From assembly GCF_018977255.1 (NCBI RefSeq), contig NW_024705321.1, positions 1-54,449 on the forward strand: 54,449 bases of DNA, in the 5' to 3' direction. Positions 46,801-54,449 of the stretch are shown here, piece after piece. The stretch is from Callorhinchus milii (lineage: Eukaryota). A program made the position numbers and the translations under genes. The notes beneath the pieces were generated by a model, which was not told where the DNA came from, made no database searches, and worked only from the letters and a program-made list of their open reading frames with translations. How positions within the stretch are numbered: position 1 is the first letter of the stretch; the number at the start of each line of letters is the position of its first letter.

Positions 46801-49800
46801 TAGCGTGGTCGACCGTATCGAATGCTGCCGATAGGTCGAGGAGGACGAGGAGGCAGAGGGAGCCCTGGTCACAGATGGTCAGGATGTCATTGGTGACCTT
46901 GACCAGGGCAGTTTCTGTGCTATGGGCAGCACCGAAACCCGACTGAAGGGGTTCAAATAGTGAATGGTTGGAGAGGAAAGAGCGCAGTTGGGAGGCGACA
47001 ACTCGTTCCAGGACCTTGGATAGGAAGGGGAGGTTGGAGATGGGCCGGAGATTGATAGCTGCGACGCATCAAGGGAGGGTTTTTTCAGGGTGGGCGTGAT
47101 GGTGGCAGTTTTTAAGGGAATGGGAATAGAGCCACAGGAGAGGGACAGGTTGACGATGTCTGTGATATGTTGGGCAAGGAGGTGGAGCTGGGAGATAAGG
47201 AGTGGGGATGGGGTCAAGGGAGCAGGTGGTAGGTTTCAGGGAGAGGATGAGTTTGGTGACAGAGGATGGGGAAACGGGTACGAAGGTGTGTAGGGGAGGA
47301 TGGGTAGGAGTCGGAGTGTGGGAGAGAAGGGGTGGGGGGTGGGTGGATGTTGGATGGGAAGTGACCGCGGAGCGGATTCCCTTGATCTTGGATTCAAGGA
47401 AATCCAGCATCTCCTCGCAGTGAAGGTTGGAGGAGATGACCTGCGCGGGGTGGCGGGGGGGACGGAGGAGTTGGGATGTGGAAGTTGGGATCTCTCCTCG
47501 TCTCCCAGCTCCACCTTCGGCCCCTCTCCTGTCCGACATCATCAATTTCTCCTTGACCACCAGTTCAGTTCCCAGCCCCCTAAAAACAGCCGTCATCACC
47601 CCCATCCTGAAAAAACCTTTCCTGGACCCATCCCTACTCTCCAGCTACCGCCCCATCTCTAACCTCCCATTCCTCTCCAAGGTCCTGGAATGAGTCATCG
47701 TGTCCCAGCTCCGCTCCTTTCTCTCTCGCCATTCCCTCTTTGAACCCCTCCAATCCGGCTTCCGCGCTGTCCACAGCATGGAAACAGCCCCGGTCACAGT
47801 CACTAACGACATTCTGAACATCTGTGATCAGGGCTCCCTCTGCCTCCTTGTCCTCCTCGACCTCTCTGTTGTCTTCGACACTTTCGACCACTCCATCCTC
47901 ATACACCGCCTCTCCTCTTTACTTAATCTTTGCGGACCAGCCCTTGCCTGGTTCGATTCCTATCTCTTTCACCGTCTCCACTTTGTTGCCTCTAACGGTT
48001 TCTCCTCCAGCCCCCGCACTGTCACATCTGGCGTCCCCCAGGGCTCTGTCCTTGGCCCTCTCCTCTTTAATATCTACATACTCCCGCTTGGTGACATCAT
48101 CCGCAGATATGGGGTCAACATTCATATGTATGCGGATGACACCCAACTCTATCTTTCTGCCCCCACCCTCAACTCCAGGACCACTGCTGACCTGACTGTC
48201 TGTCGGACATCAAGTCCTGGATGAGGGCAAATTTCCTACAGTTGAATATGAACAAGACTGAGGCCCTCCTGATTCGCTCCCGCCAGCGCCTCCGCAACTC
48301 AGGCTCGGGCAACATCAACCTCCATGGTTACACACTTCAACTCACCAGCCCGTCAGGAACCTGGGTGTCCTGTTCGACCCTCAACTGCCTTTTGTTCCCC
48401 ACATTCAAGCCATGACCCGCTCTGCCTCCCTCACCTCCGTAACATCGCCCGACTTCGCCACTACCTCACCCCTCAGGCGCTGAAACTCTTGTTCATGCCT
48501 TCATCACCTCCAGGCTCGACTATGCAAAGCCCTGCTTGTCGGCCTTCCCAACTCCTCCCTCCACAGGCTGCAGATAATCCAGAACTCTGCAGTCCATGTC
48601 TTCTCCTGCACCAAACTCTGTGACACCATCGCCCCAATTCTCGCCCGACTCCATTGGCTCCCTATCCTTCAGAGGATCCAGTTGAAGATCCTGGTCCTCA
48701 CATACAAAGCCCTCCATGGCCTCGCCCCACCCTACCTCTGCGACCTCCTAACCCACTACCAACCCGCCCGCTCCCTCCCCTCAGCCGCTCTGGCTGCTCC
48801 AAGTCCCCCGACCCACCATTGGCTGGAGAGCCTTCAGCCACTCTGCCCCCAACCTCTGGAACTCCATCCCCCAATCACTCTGTCTCGCCCCCTCCTTAGC
48901 CTCCTTCAAGTCCCGCCTCAAAACCCTCCTCTTCGACCATGCCATCGGTCACCCCCCTTCCCCTCCCCTCCCTTCTCCCCCCCGACCCCCAGCTCGGGTC
49001 TGAAATGCTGCCACTGCCTTGGATGTCCTCCAAGCGTGAAAGGTGCTATAAAAATAATAATAATAATAATCCTTGCATTTGATATAGCGCTTTTCACGTC
49101 GGGAGGACGTCCCAAAGCGCTTCACAGAACACACTGTAAAGTGAATTGACTGTATATTTGTGGGCGAACGCGACAGCCAATTGTGCACAGCAATGTCCCA
49201 CAGACAGTGGCAGATTGAAAATGACCAATTTATTATTGTTTTGGTTTTGAAGGATTATTATTAGGCTCTGTGTGGAGTAAGGAAACTTGCCCGAGGTTTC
49301 GCCCTCTGCCTGGAATTGAACTCAATTAATCTTGTTGTTGTGCGCGGCTGTCACTATTTACAATGAGCCTCAGGGGCTGATGATCTCTGACGTATTTGGA
49401 AAGTTCCGAAGTCCAACAGCCTGAAAATTGTCAATACCTCTGTTTTTTCCCCAGATGCATCACCCTATCCAGATGAAGCCAGCAGACAGTGAGAAGAACA
49501 ATGGTGAGTTAGGGCCTGGCTGTTAATGCTGAGACTAATGTACACAAAGGCTGAGTACATCTCATGAGTACATGACTGTGTATGCCTGCTATCTATTTCC
49601 TGTTAGTTTTTTTTCTGCATGTTGTATGATGGTTCGTATTTCCAGCTCATCACTTTTTCTGCTAGTTGAATGACCTAGAGCCTGTTACCTGAGACAGATT
49701 GGTAGGAATATGATCACTATCTTTGATCACTTCTTGAGGTGAACCAGTTGGCAGACTGTGATAATGTCAATTTATTGGCTCAACTCTGTTATCAACCTGT

Positions 49801-50654
49801 TTCTATCCTTTTTATCCTTCACAATTGTTAATGCTGTTAGGTCATTTCAAATGCTCAGAGCAACAGACAGTCCAAAGGCCCTATACAAATGTAATCTTGT
49901 TGCTGTTGTTATTGAAGTGATATTACTGTGGGATGGAAAACTAGTGTTTCAATGCTATTCAGAATCTCATTCTAAAATTTGGGTCTCAGCTTACTGTCAA
50001 ACAGCAGAATTATGTACAAAATAGCCTAGAGTTTTCACTGATTGGGATTAGAGAGTTGGCTTAGGCTATCATGAGGAGGAGAGGTGGTGCTCTAACTAAG
50101 TTATAGAGAACTTTCTAAGGGAGTGGTGAAGAACATTGGAAGCTGCAAAGATATTATTTCAGTAAGTATGTAGTAAGTGCCTGTTATGATAGATACCATT
50201 GTGTGATTGCAGCCGTGGAAGACAGAAAGCTCTTTGTTGGAATGATTTCCAAAAAATGCAATGAGAACGATGTTCGAGTTATGTTTTCACCATTTGGACA
50301 GATTGAAGAATGTCGGATATTGCGAGGGCCAGACGGGCTAAGTCGAGGTGAGTAAATGATGCCTCACTGCCCATAGTTTGTGTGTAAATAAGAATTCATT
50401 TGTTCAGTTAAAGTCTCGCTAGGAGAATAAAGATTGTGGGTAAGGTGGGAGAGAGAGAGAGCAAGAGAGTGTGGGAAAGTGGGGAGAGAGAGTGTGGGAA
50501 AGGGGGAAGGGAGAGACAGTTTGTATTTAGTTAGCATCTGTGCTCTGCAGTGTTAACCCTATTCTCTCTGCCAGGTTGTGCCTTTATAACATTTGCCACA
50601 CGATCAATGGCACAGAATGCGATCAAGTCAATGCACCAGTCGCAGACGCTGGAG
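37739..50654 (+). CDS. CELF1: CUGBP Elav-like family member 1, 3'-partial: join(37739-37809,42098-42285,43670-43752,49455-49503,50213-50347,50575-50654,...)
   Basis: Spliced translation [39 protein letters not shown]...KMFVGQIP...KGCCFVTF...[31 protein letters not shown]...RGCAFITF...QTLE (RRM1 and most of RRM2). The N-terminal extension and GTLDHP/EQYG/YEIN/HNMK/EKNN residues match CELF1 rather than CELF2. Confidence 0.93.
37975..38395 (+). repeat. ~24-bp minisatellite (GGGGGATGTCAGTCAGCCTTTGGG), roughly 15 degenerate units
   Basis: TGTCAGTCAGCC recurs throughout. Confidence 0.9.
38770..39237 (+). mobile_element. L2 3' fragment interrupted by a CR1 3' end (~38960-39063)
   Basis: [20 protein letters not shown]...SSFK breaks at 38960, CR1 tail GGGCTGAATGGCCTACTCCTGCTCCTA follows, and L2 resumes at CCCGCCTCAAGAC. 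Confidence 0.8.
39757..39945 (-). mobile_element. tRNA-derived SINE, 5'-truncated
   Basis: Same sequence as 15806-15995. Confidence 0.88.
40284..40602 (-). mobile_element. Full-length tRNA-derived SINE
   Basis: Near-identical to 15806-16137, including A and B boxes. Confidence 0.9.
42098..42285 (+). CDS. CELF1: CELF1 exon, RRM1 N-terminal half; contains the short-isoform ATG at 42108
   Basis: tgtacag acceptor, G|gtgagt donor. Confidence 0.96.
42292..43537 (+). mobile_element. 5'-truncated decayed L2 LINE filling most of the intron
   Basis: [28 protein letters not shown]-type motif, [20 protein letters not shown], (TTG)n tail. Confidence 0.87.
43670..43752 (+). CDS. CELF1: CELF1 exon ([28 protein letters not shown])
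   Basis: gatcatag acceptor, GGG|gtaaga donor. Confidence 0.96.
44327..44399. repeat. 73-bp near-perfect AT-rich palindrome
   Basis: 36-bp arms AAATATTTAAATACGAAGCAATTCTCAGAAAGGTTT / AAACCTTTCTGAAAATTGCTTAGTATTTAAATATTT with 2 mismatches and a 1-nt centre. Confidence 0.9.
44548..44665 (+). repeat. 24-bp tandem repeat x~5 (GCTGTGCTGCTGGGCGTGTGCGCG)
   Basis: Directly visible, near-perfect units. Confidence 0.95.
45248..47490 (-). mobile_element. Antisense L2 LINE (45538-47490) with a second short L2 3' copy (45248-45537) at its tail
   Basis: Two (CAA)n tails (45248 and 45538); minus-strand remnants [38 protein letters not shown]. Confidence 0.88.
49054..49324 (-). mobile_element. tRNA-derived SINE inserted into the L2 tail
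   Basis: Same family as 15806-16137, truncated at the B box; splits AGGTGCTATAAAAAT from ATTAATCTTGTTGTTG. Confidence 0.88.
49455..49503 (+). CDS. CELF1: CELF1 49-bp exon ([16 protein letters not shown])
   Basis: ttttttccccag acceptor, G|gtgagt donor; read manually. Confidence 0.96.
50213..50347 (+). CDS. CELF1: CELF1 exon, RRM2 ([45 protein letters not shown])
   Basis: gattgcag acceptor, G|gtgagt donor. Confidence 0.96.
50575..50654 (+). CDS. CELF1: CELF1 exon, RRM2 ([27 protein letters not shown])
   Basis: ctctctgccag acceptor, GAG|gtgggt donor. Confidence 0.95.
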
Positions 50655-50759
50655 GTGGGTGCCTCGACTGCTGAACAGGTTTCTAAGTATTCATAATTCT
50701 TTCTAATTTGTTGTTTCGCAATGTACAAACCTCCTCTGCATGTGTCAGATACATGGCTG

Positions 50760-51260
50760 ACCCCAAAACAGTTATCTTTGCCCAATCATCTGCGTTCGTC
50801 CATACTTAACTCCCAATGTGGCCAAGCCCTTTCCATGCCTTCGTTACCTAATGACTAGCGTTCTCCAATGCCTTCTTTGCAAACCTCCACAGCTCAACAT
50901 CCACAAGCTTCAGCTCACCCACAATTTAGCTGCTCACATCCTTACCTACCTTACGGTCTGTGTCCCTAACATCTCCAGCCTTTGCCAGTCTCCATTGTTT
51001 CCCTGACAGTGGATTTACTTCAAGATTCTCAGTAACACGCAGGCCTCTCCCTCCTTCTGTGATCTTTTCCAGCATCAGTCTCTTGCTTGCCGCTTTCTTT
51101 TGGCAAACTCTTCTGTGTGTCACGATTAGTGGCCAATCCTTCAGTCACTAGGCTGCTAGACTCCAGGCCACCCCCTTAGCCCCTCACAAGGATTAGCATT
51201 ATTATTATCAGTTTTTATGAGACTCGTGAAAACCTACCTGTTCAACTGCATCTGCAGTTA
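50760..51260 (+). mobile_element. Highly decayed L2 3' fragment
   Basis: NIHKLQLTHNLAAHILT and LHCFP...RF remnants. Confidence 0.5.
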
Positions 51261-51342
51261 CCTCACTCATTGTTTCATGTGAAAGACACCGTAACAATAC
51301 AAATGATTAATTTGTCAATAAGGGTGGTATTACTACTGTTTT

Positions 51343-54300
51343 TGTGTGTGTGTCTAGACTTGTGAGTGACTGTGTGGAGGGGGGTGTATTGGGTGAGTGA
51401 TATGTGTTGGGGGGGATGAGTGATATGTGTGTGGGGCAGGATTGGCGGTATGTGGGGTGGGACAGTGGTACCTATTTGTGCAGGGGGGGGTGGGTGAGGG
51501 GTGTGTGTGTGTGGGAAGGGTAGGTGGAATGTGGTGGGGGGGGGGCAAGGGGTGTGTGGAGGTAGGCGAGGGGTGTGTGTGGGGGGTGGGGTGGGGGTGG
51601 GCCAGGGATGTTTGTTTGGGGGGGCGGGTGTGTGGGAAGGGTGGGTGGAATGTGGTGGGGGCGCGAGGGGTGTGTGTGGGGGTGGGCCAGGGGTATGTGT
51701 GGGGGGGTGGTGTGGGGGTGGGCCAGGGATGTTTGTTTGGGGGGGGGGGCCAGGGGTGTGTGTGGGGGGGTGGGCCAGGGGTGTGTGTGGGGGGGTGGGC
51801 CAGGGTGTGTGTGGGGTTGGGCCAGCGTTGTGTGTGTGGGGGTGGGCCAGCAGTGTGTGTGGGGGTGGGTGAGGGGTGTGTGTGTGGGGGGGGCTGAGGG
51901 GTGTGTGTGGGGGGGGCGAGGGGGGTGTGTGGGGGGTGGGCCAGGGGTGTGTGTGGGGGGGTGGGCCAGGGGTGTGTGTGGGGGGTGGGCCAGGGGTGTG
52001 TGTGGGGGGTGGGCCAGGGGTGTGTGTGGGGGGTGGGCCAGGGGTGTGTGTGGGGGGGTGGGCCAGGGGTGTGTGTGGGGGGGTGGGCCAGGGGTGTGTG
52101 TGGGGGGTGGGCCAGGGGTGTGTGTGGGGGGGTGGGCCAGGGGTGTGTGTGGGGGGGTTGGGCCAGGGGTGTGTGTGGGGGGTTGGGCCAGGGGTGTGTG
52201 TGGGGTTGGGCCAGGGGTGTGTGTGGGGTTGGGCCAGCGTTGTGTGTGTGGGGGTGGGCCAGCAGTGTGTGTGGGGGTGGGCCAGCAGTGTGTGTGGGGG
52301 TGGGCCAGCAGTGTGTGTGGGGTGGGCCAGCAGTGTGTGTGGGGGTGGGCCAGCAGTGTGTGTGGGGGTGGGCCAGCAGTGTGTGTGGGGGTGGGCCAGC
52401 AGTGTGTGTGGGGGTGGGCCAGCAGTGTGTGTGGGGGGGGCGAGGGGTGTGTGGGGGGGAGAGGGGTGTGTGTGGGAGGAGTGTGTGTGGGAGGGGTGGG
52501 TGGAATGTGTGTGGGGGGCGAGGGGTGTGTGTGGGAGGGGTGGGTGGGATGTGGTGTGAGGGGGGGAGAGTAGTGTGTGTGTGGGAGTGATGTGTGTGGC
52601 TGAGAATGGTGTGTGTGGGAGTGGTGCATGTGTGGGGTGGGAGCGGTGTGTGTGCGCGGGAGTGGCGTGTGTGTTTGAGTGGTGTGTGTGTTGGGGTGGG
52701 GATGGACTGGTGTGTGTGGGAGTGGTGTGTGTGTGGGGCAGTGGTCGGTGTGAGGGAGTGGTGTGTGTGGGGGGGACTGGTATGTGTGTGGGAGTGGTAT
52801 GTGTGGGGGGGGGGGAGTGGTGTGTGTGGGAGTGATGTGTGTGTGGGAGTGGTGTGTGGGGTAGTGGTGGGTGTGTCTGTGGGAGTGGCGTGTGTGCGAG
52901 AGTGGCATGTGTGTTGGAGTGGCGTAGTGTGTGGGGGGAAGTGGTGTGGTGGGGGAATGGTGTCTGTGGTGTCTGTGTGCATGTGTGGGATTGGTGTGTA
53001 TATGTGGAGTGGTGTGTGTGTGGGTGGGGGGAGGGGTGCCTGTATGGGAGTGGTGCATGGGGAAGAGTGGTGTGTGGGTGAGAAAGGTGTGGGTGTGGGA
53101 GTGTTTGTGGCAAGGCTTGGTGTGTGTGAGTGGCGTGTGTGTGAGGGTGAGTGTCGTGACGACGAGTGTCATGTGGGTGTGAGTGGCGTGTGTATGGGGT
53201 GGTAGAGAGGTGTGTGGGGGGGAGTGGTGCATGTGGCAGTGGTGTGTGTGTGGGTGTGGTGCATGTGTGGGAGTGATGTGTGTGTGGGAGTGGTGGGTGT
53301 GGGGGAGTAGTGTGCGTAGTGGGGGGGACTGGTATGTGTGTGGGAGTTGTGTGTGTGTGGGAGTTGTGTGTGTGTGTTGGAATGATGTGTTTGGGCGGGG
53401 GGTGGGGGAGTGTGTGTGAGTGTAGGGGGAGTGGTGTGGGTGGGTGGGCGTGGTGTGTGTTGGAGTTGTGTGTATATGTGGGAGTGGTGTGGGGGGGAGT
53501 GGTGTGCATGTGTAGCAGTGGTGTGTATATGGGGAGTGGTGTGTGTGTGAGGGCGGGTGTGTGAGGGCGGGTGTGTGAGGGCGGGTGTCGTGTGAGGGCG
53601 AGTGTCATGTGGGTATGAGTGATGTGTGTATGGGGTGGTGGAGAGGTGTGTGTATGTGGGAGTGGTGTGTGTGGGAGGGAGTGGGGTGTGTGTGTGGGGG
53701 GGGAGTGGTGTGTGTGTGTGGGGGGAGTGGTGTGTGTGTGGGGGGGAGTGGTGTGTGGGGGGGAGTGGTGTGTGTGGGGGGGGGAGTGGTGTGTGTGGGG
53801 GGGGGAGTGGTGTGTGTGGGGGGGGAGTGGTGTGTGTGGGGGGGGAGTGGTGTGTGGGGGTGGGGTGGTGTGTGGGGGGGGAATGGTGTGGTGGAGGGCG
53901 GAGTGGTGTGGGGGGCGGAGTGGTGTGGGGGGCGGAGTGGTGTGGGGGGGAGGGTGTGGTGGGGGGGAGTGGTGTGTGTGGGGGGGGGGAGTGGTGTGTG
54001 TGGGGGGGGGGGAGTGGTGCGTGTGGAGGGGGGGAGTGGTGCGTGTGTGTGGCAGTGAGTGATGCGTGTGGCAGTGAGTGGTGTGTGTGAGGGGGAGTGG
54101 TGTGTGTGTAGTGAGTGGTGTGGGGTAGTGGTGGGTGTGTCTGTGGGAGTGGCATTTGTGTGCGCGGGAGTGGCGTGTGTGTTGGAGTGGCGTAGTGTGC
54201 GGGGGGAAGTGGTGTGGTGAAGGAGTGGTGTCTGTGTGTGTGGGAATGGTGTCTGTGTGTGGGAATGGTGTGTGTGTGACAGTGTTGTCTGTGTGCATGT

Positions 54301-54449
54301 GTGGGATTGGTGTGTATATGTGGAGTGGTGTGTGTGTGGGGGGGGGTGTCTGTATGGGAGTGGTGCATGGGGAAGAGTGGTGTGTGGGTGAGAATGGGGT
54401 GTGGGGGGGAGTGGTGTGTGTAGGTGGTGTGTGTGTGTGGGGGGGAGTG
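51343..54449 (+). repeat. >3.1-kb GT/G-rich compound satellite in a CELF1 intron (runs off window end)
   Basis: [28 protein letters not shown] units (~51700-52440), then [20 protein letters not shown] units; block 52850-53100 is repeated at ~54115-54400. Confidence 0.95.

Larger units (their letters stand above)
44677..49340 (+). mobile_element. L2 LINE (+; 44677-45247, 47491-49053, tail remnant 49325-49340) split by nested insertions
   Basis: Sequence ending TGCTCCCTCGATCCCATCCCCA at 45247 resumes as TCTCTCCTCGTCTCCCAGCTCC at 47491, collinear with the minus copy; RT motif [16 protein letters not shown]...YADDTQLY at 47700-48224. Confidence 0.85.

Noticed and set aside
47700..48224. Reverse-transcriptase ORF with intact YADD as an active or domesticated gene
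   Set aside because: A 174-aa fragment bounded by stops and frameshifts within a truncated, interrupted L2.
51275..54368. 1007-aa His/Pro/Thr-rich ORF and overlapping Gly/Val/Cys-rich ORFs
   Set aside because: Translations of the GT/G-rich satellite, open in several frames on both strands.

Overview
Eukaryotic vertebrate genomic DNA. The repeat content (CR1 and L2 LINEs, Deu-domain SINEs, a tRNA-derived SINE with an L2-type tail) suggests a cartilaginous fish; this is inference and the species cannot be fixed from the sequence. Two intron-containing genes lie head-to-tail on the + strand. (1) The last 11 coding exons (1335-23017) of a LARGE-family xylosyl/glucuronyltransferase, most likely LARGE2; its 5' exons lie upstream of the window. 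(2) The 5' part of CELF1 (CUGBP1): CpG-island promoter at about 25.8-26.3 kb, a non-coding first exon, an exon encoding the N-terminal extension [24 protein letters not shown], and exons for RRM1 and most of RRM2; the gene continues past the window end. All coding exons have GT-AG boundaries and splice in frame. Introns are filled with tandem repeats (37-bp, GGGCA, a 7.9-kb 23-bp satellite, G/GT-rich arrays) and nested retroelements; nearly all long ORFs in the supplied track are artefacts of these. I found no clear new multi-gene system. The most interesting observations are: a 617-bp apparently identical duplication with a chimeric CR1 junction; a candidate short non-autonomous L2 derivative with a fixed 5' end; a four-layer nested retroelement block; a candidate alternative first coding exon of CELF1; an unidentified repeat shared by the CELF1 promoter and intron 2; and a >3-kb UG-rich array inside CELF1, whose protein binds UG-rich RNA.
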